Assembly (NCBI GenBank): GCA_966250385.1
Contig: CBINHC010000007.1
Location: 108,580-172,579 of the forward strand
DNA: 64,000 nucleotides
Direction: 5' to 3'
DNA from: an uncultured Sphingobacteriaceae bacterium
GTDB lineage: Bacteria > Bacteroidota > Bacteroidia > Sphingobacteriales > Sphingobacteriaceae
In this document: one piece after another, positions 17,421 through 26,307 of the stretch
Position numbering within the stretch: position 1 is the stretch's first letter
Layout: each line of letters opens with the position of its first letter
Position numbers and translations under genes: made by a program
The notes under the pieces: model-generated
Database searches by the model: none
What the model was told of the DNA's origin: nothing
What the model saw: the letters and a program-made list of their open reading frames with translations, nothing else

Positions 17421-17462
17421 TATCACAAAAATTTTACAAACTTTTGTAAAAATCTTGTGATA
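17421..17462. promoter_or_regulatory. 42-bp near-perfect palindrome in the susC / hbd divergent region
   Basis: TATCACAAAAATTTTACAAAC|TTTTGTAAAAATCTTGTGATA: 18 of 21 mirrored positions are complementary. Inner core TTTTACAAA-CT-TTTGTAAAA, outer arms TATCACAA / TTGTGATA. Confidence 0.45.
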
Positions 17463-17523
17463 ATAGGAAAAAGGCAAAAAAACGAATGGAACTGATACCT
17501 TTGAACAAAAGATTATATTGTAA

Positions 17524-18414
17524 ATGAAAAATATAGCAGTAATAGGTTCCGGCACGATGGGTAACGGCATTGCCCATACGTTTGCCCAGCATGAATACTC
17601 TGTCACCCTCGTGGATATTTCTGATGAAGCCCTCCAGAAAGGTCTCTCCACGATCACCAGGAACCTCGACCGCCAGGTGGCGAAGGGATCGATCTCCGAG
17701 GAGGTAAAAGCAAGAACGCTGCAGAACATCGTCACCCAGAAAGACCTGCAGAAAGGAGTCGCTGAAGCTGATCTGGTTGTCGAAGCCGCCACTGAAAACG
17801 TGGACCTGAAATTACAGATCTTCCGTGACCTGGACCGCTACAGCCCGGCATCCGCCATCCTGGCATCGAATACCTCTTCGATTTCCATAACCCGCATAGC
17901 CTCCGTGACCAGCCGTCCGGAACAGGTGATCGGCATGCATTTTATGAATCCGGTGCCGGTCATGAAGCTCGTTGAAGTGATCCGGGGCTATGCCACCAGC
18001 CGGGAGGTTACGGATACGGTCATGGGGCTGTCCCGGCTGTTAAACAAGATTCCGCTGGAGGTGAACGACTATCCCGGATTCGTTGCCAACCGGATCCTGA
18101 TGCCGATGATCAACGAAGCGATCTATACGTTATATGAGGGCGTGGCTGGCGTCGAGGAGATCGACGGAGTCATGAAACTGGGAATGGCCCACCCGATGGG
18201 GCCGCTGCAGTTAGCGGACTTTATCGGCCTGGACGTCTGCCTGGCTATACTGAATGTACTATACGAAGGATTCGGAAACCAGAAGTATGCCCCATGCCCG
18301 CTCCTGGTGAACATGGTGACCGCCGGGCATAAGGGCATCAAATCCGGAGCCGGATTCTACCAGTATGCCGCAGGCAGCAAGGAACTGGTCGTTGCTGAAA
18401 AATTCAGACGGTAA
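17524..18414 (+). CDS. hbd: 3-hydroxybutyryl-CoA / 3-hydroxyacyl-CoA dehydrogenase
   Basis: N-terminal Rossmann motif IAVIGSGTMGNGIA. HFMNPVPVMKLVEVI and a C-terminal dimerisation domain. 296 aa. Confidence 0.9.
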   Translation: MKNIAVIGSGTMGNGIAHTFAQHEYSVTLVDISDEALQKGLSTITRNLDRQVAKGSISEEVKARTLQNIVTQKDLQKGVAEADLVVEAATENVDLKLQIFRDLDRYSPASAILASNTSSISITRIASVTSRPEQVIGMHFMNPVPVMKLVEVIRGYATSREVTDTVMGLSRLLNKIPLEVNDYPGFVANRILMPMINEAIYTLYEGVAGVEEIDGVMKLGMAHPMGPLQLADFIGLDVCLAILNVLYEGFGNQKYAPCPLLVNMVTAGHKGIKSGAGFYQYAAGSKELVVAEKFRR

Positions 18415-18425
18415 CGAAACGGCCC

Positions 18426-18467
18426 GAAACAGAAGCAGGGCCTCCTCTGGAGCGCTGCTTCTGTTTC
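18426..18467. terminator. Hairpin terminator between convergent hbd and argS
   Basis: GAAACAGAAGCAG (18426-18438) pairs perfectly with CTGCTTCTGTTTC (18455-18467). 13-bp stem, 16-nt loop. Confidence 0.7.
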
Positions 18468-18478
18468 ATATCATTCGG

Positions 18479-20248
18479 TTACATCCTTTCGGGCACTTCT
18501 ATGCCGAGCAGGAGCATACCCTTCCGGATAACCCCGGCCGTTGCAGCAGATAATTCAAGCCGGAACTGCTTCAGGCTTTCATCTTCCGCCTTGATGATCG
18601 GCGATTCATGGTAAAACTTATTATAGACCTTGGCCACCTCGTATACGAAGTTGGCGACCTGTGCCGGGCTATGCTCCCGCGCAGAGGCGAGGACCGTTTC
18701 CGGATATTTCGACAGCAGCACAACGAGCTCCCGTTCAGAATCAGTCAGGTCTCCTGAAAATCCGGAGCCGTTCGCCGGAGCAAACCCTGCTTTGGATAAC
18801 ACCGACCTGATCCGTGCATGGGTATACTGGATGAAGGGACCGGTATGGCCCTGAAAGTCGATCGATTCATTCGGATCGAACAGCAATCTTTTTTTCGGCT
18901 CAACTTTCAGCAGGAAATACTTCAGGGCGCCCATTCCGATCATGTGGTACAGCCGGTCCTTTTCATCTTCGCTGAATCCTTCAACCTTACCGAGTTCCTC
19001 GGTACGCTGCCGGGCGGTATCAACCATTTCCCGGATCAGGTCATCCGCATCTACGACGGTACCCTCGCGGGATTTCATCTTGCCGGAAGGCAGGTCGACC
19101 ATCCCGTAGGAAAGGTGGTACAATCCCCGGGCCCAGGACTTTCCGAGCTTTTCAAGGATCAGGAACAGCACCTTGAAATGATAATCCTGCTCATTTCCAA
19201 CGACATAAATAGACTCATCCATCCCGAAATCATTGAACTTCAGCTGAGCCGTTCCGAGGTCCTGGGTAATATATACGGAGGTGCCGTCGGCACGCAGCAC
19301 CAGTTTTTCATCCAGACCGTCCGCTGTCAGGTCGATCCAGACGGAACCGTCCTCTTTGCGGAAAAATACGCCCTTTTCCAGGCCTTCCTGGATCAGGTCC
19401 TTTCCGAGGATGTAGGTATCGGATTCGTAGTAGAACTTATCGAAGTCTACGCCCAGGTTGTTGTAGGTCGTTTCAAACCCGGCATAAACCCAGCCGTTCA
19501 TTTTTTTCCAGAGACCGATCACTTCCTCATCGTGTGCCTCCCACCGTTGCAGCATGGACTGGGCCTCCAGGATCAGGGGCGCTTTCTTCTTGGCTTCTTC
19601 CTCCGTCAGTCCGTCCGCCCGTAACCGGTCGATCTCCTTCTTGTATTCCTTGTCAAAGATCACATAGTATTTGCCGACCAGGTGGTCCCCTTTCAGGCCG
19701 CTGCTCTCCGGAGTTTCTCCGTTTCCGAATTTCTGCCACGCCAGCATGGACTTGCAGATATGGATCCCGCGGTCGTTGACCAGGTTGGCCTTATATACTT
19801 CATCTCCGGAGGCTTTCAGGATCTCCGCCACGGAGTACCCCAAAAGGTTATTTCGGATATGCCCGAGGTGAAGCGGCTTATTGGTGTTCGGCGAGGAGTA
19901 CTCGACCAGGACCTTCCGGCCGGTGGACGGGAAGTTTCCGAACTCTTCCTTCCCGATCGAATCGCGGAAAAGGGACAGCCAGAATGCGTCCTTTATGGAA
20001 AGGTTAAGAAAACCCTTGATCACATTGAATCCTGCAAGCTCAGTCAGGGCAGACTGCAGATAGCTGCCGATCTCCTCTCCGGTCTGCTCAGGTGATTTCC
20101 TGGAGAAGCGGGTGAACGGAAACGTAACGATCGTGATCTGTCCTTCAAATTCCTTACGGGTTTCCTGGAGATTGATATCTGATGCTGAAATGTCGGTCTG
20201 ATATAATGCTTTTATGGCATTTACGGTTTCCCTGAGTATAAAATCCAT
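18479..20248 (-). CDS. argS: Arginine--tRNA ligase
   Basis: 589 aa. Class I HIGH region SSPNTNKPLHLGHIRN and the typical ArgRS C-terminal ending ...GIEVPERM. Confidence 0.95.
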   Translation of the reverse strand: MDFILRETVNAIKALYQTDISASDINLQETRKEFEGQITIVTFPFTRFSRKSPEQTGEEIGSYLQSALTELAGFNVIKGFLNLSIKDAFWLSLFRDSIGKEEFGNFPSTGRKVLVEYSSPNTNKPLHLGHIRNNLLGYSVAEILKASGDEVYKANLVNDRGIHICKSMLAWQKFGNGETPESSGLKGDHLVGKYYVIFDKEYKKEIDRLRADGLTEEEAKKKAPLILEAQSMLQRWEAHDEEVIGLWKKMNGWVYAGFETTYNNLGVDFDKFYYESDTYILGKDLIQEGLEKGVFFRKEDGSVWIDLTADGLDEKLVLRADGTSVYITQDLGTAQLKFNDFGMDESIYVVGNEQDYHFKVLFLILEKLGKSWARGLYHLSYGMVDLPSGKMKSREGTVVDADDLIREMVDTARQRTEELGKVEGFSEDEKDRLYHMIGMGALKYFLLKVEPKKRLLFDPNESIDFQGHTGPFIQYTHARIRSVLSKAGFAPANGSGFSGDLTDSERELVVLLSKYPETVLASAREHSPAQVANFVYEVAKVYNKFYHESPIIKAEDESLKQFRLELSAATAGVIRKGMLLLGIEVPERM

Positions 20249-20306
20249 TCGTCAAAATTAATTAATTAAGGCGTTTTTGCCAGAAGTATTTATCCGCATA
20301 TTCTGA

Positions 20307-20314
20307 TAGATTTG
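20307..20314 (+). promoter_or_regulatory. Candidate Bacteroidota -7 promoter box (TAnnTTTG) for the arginine deiminase-like gene
   Basis: TAGATTTG, 20 nt upstream of ATG 20334. The nearest upstream TTTG (20276-20279) is farther away than I expect for a -33 box, so support is weak. Confidence 0.3.
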
Positions 20315-20333
20315 CAGTACCTAACCAACATAT

Positions 20334-21770
20334 ATGCAACACGAGAATTTCAAGATCAGCGTGAGCTCGGAAGTGGGAATGCTGCGCCGTCTGCTGATCC
20401 ACAGCCCGGACCGCGGACTGGGTAAAGTCGTACCCTCGAAGGCGCAGGACTGGCTGTTTGAAGATATTGTACATCTGGATACCGTCCGCAGGAACGAATA
20501 TGACTATTACGTCAAAATCCTGATGTTCTTCCTGGACCCCGGCAAGATCAAAGGCAGGCTCGCCTCCATTGACGCTCCCGAAAACAAACGCAGTTTTTAC
20601 AAACCGCAGCATCCGGATTTTCACGCGTCGGACAAGGTCATTGAGCTCGAAAACCTGCTGACCGAGATCCTCGAAGATGAGCCTGTCCGGATGAAGCTGG
20701 TAGCCTCCGTATGTGCCATCGAGGGCTGCACCTACCAGCTCCAGCAGCAGCTGATCAGCACCCCGCCCCAGGATCTGGCGAAGATCTTCATCTCGGGTTC
20801 CATGGACGAGGAAAAAATGATCTTCGCTCCCATCCCGAACCTCATCTTCACCCGGGATATCGGCATCACGATCAATGACCATATCCTGCTGAATAAACCC
20901 GCAAAAAAAGCGCGCTCCCGGGAAACCCTCCTCGCCCGGTATATTTTCTTCAACCATCCGATCTTCCGCCGGTACAAGGAGAATATCCTGGAGATTCCGG
21001 ACACCGTCCAGTTCTTCCTTCGTCCCGGCGAAGAACACGGGGAAAAGACCACGCTGGAAGGCGGCGACGTGATGGTCGTGAGCAGGGACCACCTGCTGAT
21101 CGGGTGCAGCGAACGGACTTCAGCCAGCGGCGCCAGCGAAGCGATCAAGATTCTTTTTGAAAAGAACGTGATCAGCAAGGCAACGGTCGTCAAGATCCCG
21201 CATAAACGAGATTTCATGCACATCGATACACTCTTCACGCAGGTGAAGCGGAACATGTGGGTCGTTTTGGGCTCCATTGCCCGGCAGGAACAGTTCCAGG
21301 GCCAGGAAGCCATTGATTTTCTTTCCGAGAAAAGGAACCTGGAGAAACCGGAGATCATCCAGTTCGAGAAGGGCAACATGCAGACCCCCCGAAAGTTCGG
21401 CTGTATCGAGGAGCTGCTCGATGATATCAGCAGGAACGACCTGAAGAGTACGGAGAAGACCGTCTTCATTTACTCCGGGAACGGGCAGTTCCCGTTCGAT
21501 GCCCGTGAACAGTGGACCGATTCATGTAACCTGCTTGCAATTAAAGAAGGCGTCGTGATCGGTTATGACCGGAATGACAAGACCATGGAAGCGTTCCAGC
21601 AAAACGGCTTCACGCCCGTCCGCGCCGCTGACCTGATCGAACAGATGGAACAGGGCCGCAAACCGGAAGAGGTGGAAAATACGTTAATACTTATTCCTTC
21701 GGCGGAACTTTCCCGGGCCCGCGGTGGTTTTCACTGCATGAGCATGCCATTATTCCGGGAGGAACTTTAA
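20334..21770 (+). CDS. Arginine deiminase family protein (guanidino-group modifying enzyme fold)
   Basis: N-terminal VSSEVGMLRRLLIHSP...WLFEDIV parallels ADI (SEAGKLRKV.V.SP...LLFDDV). C-terminal catalytic Cys context RGGFHCMSMPL. 478 aa, longer than the ~410 aa of classical ArcA. Confidence 0.72.
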   Translation: MQHENFKISVSSEVGMLRRLLIHSPDRGLGKVVPSKAQDWLFEDIVHLDTVRRNEYDYYVKILMFFLDPGKIKGRLASIDAPENKRSFYKPQHPDFHASDKVIELENLLTEILEDEPVRMKLVASVCAIEGCTYQLQQQLISTPPQDLAKIFISGSMDEEKMIFAPIPNLIFTRDIGITINDHILLNKPAKKARSRETLLARYIFFNHPIFRRYKENILEIPDTVQFFLRPGEEHGEKTTLEGGDVMVVSRDHLLIGCSERTSASGASEAIKILFEKNVISKATVVKIPHKRDFMHIDTLFTQVKRNMWVVLGSIARQEQFQGQEAIDFLSEKRNLEKPEIIQFEKGNMQTPRKFGCIEELLDDISRNDLKSTEKTVFIYSGNGQFPFDAREQWTDSCNLLAIKEGVVIGYDRNDKTMEAFQQNGFTPVRAADLIEQMEQGRKPEEVENTLILIPSAELSRARGGFHCMSMPLFREEL

Positions 21771-21779
21771 CAGCAACAT

Positions 21780-22715
21780 ATGCAGACAACTTCGCATCTA
21801 TTAATGATAAGGCCGGTGAAATTCAGCTTCAATGAACAGACTGCCGGAAGTAACGCTTTCCAGTTAAGGACCCGGGAAACTGAGGTTCAGCAGGATGCGG
21901 TGAAGGAATTTGACCAGTTTGTGGGCGTTTTACGCGAAAACGGCGTCGATGTGACCGTGGTGGAGGATACCCCTACGCCGCATACGCCGGATGCCATTTT
22001 CCCTAATAACTGGATTTCGTTTCACCAGGACGGGTCTGTGTTCCTGTATCCTATGCAGGCGGATAACCGGAGAATGGAGCGGCGGATGGACCTGCTCGAA
22101 AGAATTAAAGAAAAGTTTCAGATCACGCATATCAACGACCTGAGTATCTTTGAAAGGGAGGAAAAATTCCTGGAGGGTACCGGGAGCATGGTCCTCGACC
22201 GGGAAAGCCGGATCGCCTACGCCTGCCTGTCTCCCCGGACGGATCTGGACGTGCTGAGTTCATTCTGCCTGCAGAGCGGATTCAGACCGGTCTACTTCCA
22301 TTCGCTGGATCAATACGGGCAGGAGATCTACCACACCAATGTGATGATGTGTGTCGGCACCCAATTTGTAGTGATCTGCCTCGAAACGATCCGGGATCAG
22401 AAGGAAAGGGAGCTGGTTGTCCAGACGATCATCTCCTCGGGAAAGGTTATCGTGGAAATTTCGGAGGAACAGATGGGGCAGTTTGCCGGCAATATGCTCC
22501 AGGTGAAAAGCCAGTCGGGGGAAGACCTGCTGGTCATGTCTGAGCGGGCGTTCCGGGCCCTCACCGGGGATCAGAAGGAGCGGCTGGAAAAGTACTGTCG
22601 TCTGGTGTATTCACCGCTAACGGTCATCGAAAATAACGGCGGTGGAAGTGCCCGGTGCATGATGGCGGAAATTCATCTTCCTCCAGTCACAGACCGGACG
22701 GAAAAAGCGATTTGA
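21780..22715 (+). CDS. ctlX: Citrulline utilization hydrolase CtlX-like (amidinotransferase superfamily)
   Basis: N-terminal LLMIRPVKFSFNEQTAGSNAFQ and C-terminal GGGSARCMMAEI (catalytic Cys) match my recollection of the CtlX / arginine deiminase-related family. 311 aa. The ATG is 9 nt after the preceding gene. Confidence 0.72.
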   Translation: MQTTSHLLMIRPVKFSFNEQTAGSNAFQLRTRETEVQQDAVKEFDQFVGVLRENGVDVTVVEDTPTPHTPDAIFPNNWISFHQDGSVFLYPMQADNRRMERRMDLLERIKEKFQITHINDLSIFEREEKFLEGTGSMVLDRESRIAYACLSPRTDLDVLSSFCLQSGFRPVYFHSLDQYGQEIYHTNVMMCVGTQFVVICLETIRDQKERELVVQTIISSGKVIVEISEEQMGQFAGNMLQVKSQSGEDLLVMSERAFRALTGDQKERLEKYCRLVYSPLTVIENNGGGSARCMMAEIHLPPVTDRTEKAI

Positions 22716-22789
22716 AAAAGGCGATTAAAAGTGATAAATAACTAAAATTTATTCAGCGAAAAGTTACATTTTTGCGAAAAATTTAAAGG

Positions 22790-24178
22790 ATGCAAAGCTA
22801 CGAGGAATTTCTCGATCTCAGTGTAGGTTTCCCGCAGGAAGGATTCGAGGTTATTGATGACGAACTCTATTTCCACGATCTGAATCTGATGGAAATGATT
22901 GAGACGTACGGGACTCCCCTTCGGTTCACCTACCTTCCGATCATCAGCAAGAAGATCCAGCAGGCCAAACTGCTGTTTCAGCGGGCGATCGTGAATAATA
23001 ATTACCGGGGCGGGTACAAATACTGCTATTGCACCAAAAGCTCCCATTTCCGGCATGTGGTAGAAGAGGCGCTCAAGAATGATATCCACCTGGAAACCTC
23101 CTCGGCCTTTGACATGCCGATGATCGATTACCTGGAAAAGAAAGGGATCGTCAGCAAGGATATCACGGTCATTTGCAACGGGTTCAAAACCTACCAGTAT
23201 AAGCAGTATATCGTCGATATGCTGCACGATGGGTTTACCAACATCATTCCGGTGCTGGACAATAAGGAAGAGTTCAACATCTATGACGATGAGCTTGATA
23301 TCCATTGCAACCTGGGAATCCGGATTGCGTCGGAAGAACAGCCCGACTCACAGTTCTATACCTCCCGCCTGGGCATCCGCATGGAGGATGTCATCGACTT
23401 TTACCAGCACAAGATCGCCTCGAATCCGAATTTCAAGGTTAAACTGCTGCACTTCTTCATCAACTCCGGAATCTCTGATACACCGTACTACTGGAATGAG
23501 CTGGAAAAATATGTGACCCTCTACTGCAAGTTCAAGAAGGTCAATCCGCACCTGACCACCCTCGACATCGGGGGCGGCATGCCGTTCAAGGACTCCCTGG
23601 TGTTCGATTTTGACTACGAGTACATGGTTAATGAGATCGTCAAACGGATCAAGGAGATCTGTGCCGAGCACGATATTGAAGAACCGGATATCATCACTGA
23701 ATTCGGTAAATATACCTGCGCAGAGGCTTCCGGCATCCTGTACAAAGTGCTGGGCCGGAAACAGCAGAATGACCGGGAAAAATGGCTGATGCTGGACGGT
23801 TCATTCATTACCAACCTGCCGGACGTATGGGCATTAAACCAGAAATACATCCTGATGCCTGTCAATAACTGGGATTCAGAATACGAACGGGTGAATCTCG
23901 GCGGAATTACCTGCGACGGGCAGGACTACTATAACCAGGAAGCGCACATGAACAACGTGTTCATGCCCAAGACCCGGAAAGTCCAGTATCTGGGATTCTT
24001 TCATACCGGAGCCTACCAGGAAGTACTGAGCGGCTATGGCGGGATCCACCATTGCCTCCTGCCTTCACCGAAGCATGTGATCATCCGGCGAAACCGCGAC
24101 GAGACGTTCAACTTCGAAGTCTTCGGTGAAGAACAAAACAGTAAACAGGTTCTGAAGATCCTGGGTTACAATACCTGA
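22790..24178 (+). CDS. Type III PLP-dependent decarboxylase, short arginine decarboxylase-like
   Basis: 462 aa. YGTPLRFTYLP, PLP-Lys context YCYCTKSSHF and GGGMPF phosphate-binding motif. Alanine-racemase-like barrel plus C-terminal beta domain. Matches the ~460-aa arginine decarboxylases annotated in Bacteroidota. Confidence 0.72.
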   Translation: MQSYEEFLDLSVGFPQEGFEVIDDELYFHDLNLMEMIETYGTPLRFTYLPIISKKIQQAKLLFQRAIVNNNYRGGYKYCYCTKSSHFRHVVEEALKNDIHLETSSAFDMPMIDYLEKKGIVSKDITVICNGFKTYQYKQYIVDMLHDGFTNIIPVLDNKEEFNIYDDELDIHCNLGIRIASEEQPDSQFYTSRLGIRMEDVIDFYQHKIASNPNFKVKLLHFFINSGISDTPYYWNELEKYVTLYCKFKKVNPHLTTLDIGGGMPFKDSLVFDFDYEYMVNEIVKRIKEICAEHDIEEPDIITEFGKYTCAEASGILYKVLGRKQQNDREKWLMLDGSFITNLPDVWALNQKYILMPVNNWDSEYERVNLGGITCDGQDYYNQEAHMNNVFMPKTRKVQYLGFFHTGAYQEVLSGYGGIHHCLLPSPKHVIIRRNRDETFNFEVFGEEQNSKQVLKILGYNT

Positions 24179-24193
24179 TCACAATAGCCTACG

Positions 24194-24228
24194 AAGTCCG
24201 GAATATGTTTCCGGACTTTTTTATTTTT
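24194..24228 (+). terminator. Rho-independent terminator after the decarboxylase gene
   Basis: AAGTCCGGAA (24194-24203) / TTCCGGACTT (24209-24218), followed by TTTTATTTTT. Confidence 0.85.
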
Positions 24229-24232
24229 AGCG

Positions 24233-24790
24233 ATGCGAATACTGGTCCCCCTACTCTTCCTGGCCCTCCTGATCACGGCCTGCTCCGGCCAGGAGAATCC
24301 CGATATGAAAGCAAGAAGGCAATTGTCAGCCATAGCTGACAGCGTCGGCCGGCCTCAGCCGGACACCTTGCATTTCGTGGTCGACGACAACCCCTGTTAT
24401 GCGGTAATTGACCGCCGGTACCGGAATTTCACGCACAGGTCGGAATTCCCGCTTTCTCTCTTTATTACCATTGAGACACTGAAAAAAGACCGGAACGGAC
24501 ATCCCGATCAGGAAGAGGCGCGGGCCCACAGCGCGCTCCAATCCGACATCACCCGCTCCCTGGATGCCATCTCGGTAAATGCCTATCTCGGCAAAACAAC
24601 GATGAACGGGTTCCAGGATCTGATCTACTATATCAGGGAAGAGGACCGGGAAAAGATTCAGGCAAGGCTGCAGGAATTAAAGCAACGGGAACCGCGCATA
24701 CGGGAATATTCCGTTGAAAAGGACCCGGAGTGGGAGGCCGTCTCCGAATTCTTTCAGGCTATGGAGCAGGAGCTCTCTCCTGCGCCTTAA
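24233..24790 (+). CDS. Lipoprotein, DUF695-like
   Basis: Lipobox LLITACSGQ. Central pattern FPLSLFITIETLKKDRNGHPDQEEARAHSALQSDITRSL...GKTTMNGFQDLIYYI resembles the DUF695 signature (fP..l.v.i....nGlP..eE...l..iED.l). Confidence 0.55.
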   Translation: MRILVPLLFLALLITACSGQENPDMKARRQLSAIADSVGRPQPDTLHFVVDDNPCYAVIDRRYRNFTHRSEFPLSLFITIETLKKDRNGHPDQEEARAHSALQSDITRSLDAISVNAYLGKTTMNGFQDLIYYIREEDREKIQARLQELKQREPRIREYSVEKDPEWEAVSEFFQAMEQELSPAP

Positions 24791-25506
24791 CTGTCGAACT
24801 GCTCCAGCTGCTTCACCAGGGTGGCAAAGTCTTTCGGATAGGGCGCCGTGATGGTCATGGATTCTTCTTCATTGATCCGGAAGGTGATCTCACGCGCATG
24901 GAGCGCAAAGCGCTTCATGATCGGCTGTTCCTCCTGATCTTTGCCCAGCCGATATCCCCGCTTGATATTTGAAAGAAAGACCGGCTTGCCCCCGTACATG
25001 GAATCTCCGGCGATGGAAGCTTTCTGGGAAGCCAGGTGGATCCGGATCTGGTGCATCCTTCCGGTCACGGGCCGGCATTCCACCAGCGTATAGTGTTTGA
25101 AGAACTGCAGGGAACGGAACCACGTCTCAGCGGATTTGCCTTCGGCGCGGCTGATGGTCACATTCTTATTACCGAGGTTCAGAATCGGAAGATCCACTTT
25201 CAGGTCCTCGAACACATGAGTACCGTCGATGACCGCGTGATAGACCTTATTTACCTTCCTCCGCTCAAACTGCATGGAGACCAGCCTGTAGGCTTCAGGA
25301 TTTTTGGCTATGATCAACGCCCCCGAAGTCTCCTTGTCCAGCCTGTGACAAATCTGGGCATCGGGCGTATACTGGCGGGCCAGCCTCAGCAGGTTGATCT
25401 CACCGCCCTCACGTTCGTCCAGTGACGTCAGAAACGGCGGCTTGTTAACAACGATCAGGTCATCGTTTTCAAATAGAATTATATCCTGGAATTTGGGAAA
25501 CTTCAC
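24787..25506 (-). CDS. RluA family pseudouridine synthase
   Basis: Catalytic Asp motif HRLDKETSGALIIAK and N-terminal ILFENDDLIVVNKPP. GTG start. 239 aa. Confidence 0.88.
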   Translation of the reverse strand: MKFPKFQDIILFENDDLIVVNKPPFLTSLDEREGGEINLLRLARQYTPDAQICHRLDKETSGALIIAKNPEAYRLVSMQFERRKVNKVYHAVIDGTHVFEDLKVDLPILNLGNKNVTISRAEGKSAETWFRSLQFFKHYTLVECRPVTGRMHQIRIHLASQKASIAGDSMYGGKPVFLSNIKRGYRLGKDQEEQPIMKRFALHAREITFRINEEESMTITAPYPKDFATLVKQLEQFDS

Positions 25507-25536
25507 GGTGCAAAAGTAGCAGAAAAACCGGTAAGG

Positions 25537-26229
25537 CTATAATTCCGCTTCAAACTTGTACCCCACTCCTTTAACGGTAGAGACATACTTTTCGCCGAGC
25601 TTTTCGCGGAGCTTCCGGACATGGACATCGATGGTCCGGTTGGTGACCACCACGGATTCCTCCCAGATGTTCTTGAGGATCACATCCCGCTGGAATACCT
25701 TTCCGGGCTTTGAGGCCAGCAGATACAGCAGTTCGAATTCTTTTTTAGCAAGAATGATCTTCTCCGCTCCGCGGTAGACCAGGTAGGCGTCCCGGTCGAT
25801 CATCAGGTCCGAAACCAGCAGCCGGTTCTCCCGGGAATCTTCCGCAGGGACATTCCGCCTCAGAATGGCATTGATCCTGCTGGCCAGGGCCCGGGGCTTG
25901 ATGGGTTTGGCGATGTAATCGTCGGCACCGACATTGAATCCTGCGATCTCCGAATACTCCTCACTCCGGGCGGTCAGAAACACCATGAACGTGTTCTTAA
26001 AGTCCGGCAGACCCCGCAGAATCCGGCAGGCTTCGATTCCGTCCATCACGGGCATCATGATATCCAGGATGATCAGGTCCGGAATATTTTTCTGGGCCAT
26101 TTCAACGGCTTCCTTACCGTTCCGGGCTGTACTGACCTGGTAACCTTCCTTCGTCAGGTTGTACTCGATCAGTTCAAGAATATCCGGTTCATCGTCTACA
26201 ATGAGGATCTTATGTTTAGCAGTACTCAT
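25537..26229 (-). CDS. OmpR/PhoB-type response regulator (receiver + winged-helix DNA-binding)
   Basis: ILIVDDEPD, phospho-acceptor context LIILDIMMP, AKPIKP, and the C-terminal wHTH NRTIDVHVRKLREKLG...VKGVGYKF. Confidence 0.9.
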   Translation of the reverse strand: MSTAKHKILIVDDEPDILELIEYNLTKEGYQVSTARNGKEAVEMAQKNIPDLIILDIMMPVMDGIEACRILRGLPDFKNTFMVFLTARSEEYSEIAGFNVGADDYIAKPIKPRALASRINAILRRNVPAEDSRENRLLVSDLMIDRDAYLVYRGAEKIILAKKEFELLYLLASKPGKVFQRDVILKNIWEESVVVTNRTIDVHVRKLREKLGEKYVSTVKGVGYKFEAEL

Positions 26230-26307
26230 TTCGTTTATTTATGCCACTAAGGTATCGCCCGAAAAGAAAGGCAGTGTTAAGCCGGTATTAATAAATTGTA
26301 AAGTCCC

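Noticed and set aside
17391-17792. 133-aa minus-strand ORF crossing the susC/hbd promoter region into hbd
   Set aside because: It runs antisense through the hbd N-terminus and the palindromic promoter region and has an implausible Cys/Phe/Ser-rich sequence. hbd, with its Rossmann motif, is clearly the real gene.
20257-20269. ATTAATTAATTAA, i.e. (TTAA)x3, which looks like an engineered all-frame stop cassette
   Set aside because: It sits in a natural AT-rich divergent promoter (argS / ADI-like). It is short, with no flanking vector-like or repeat sequence. It is most simply an AT-rich UP-like tract.
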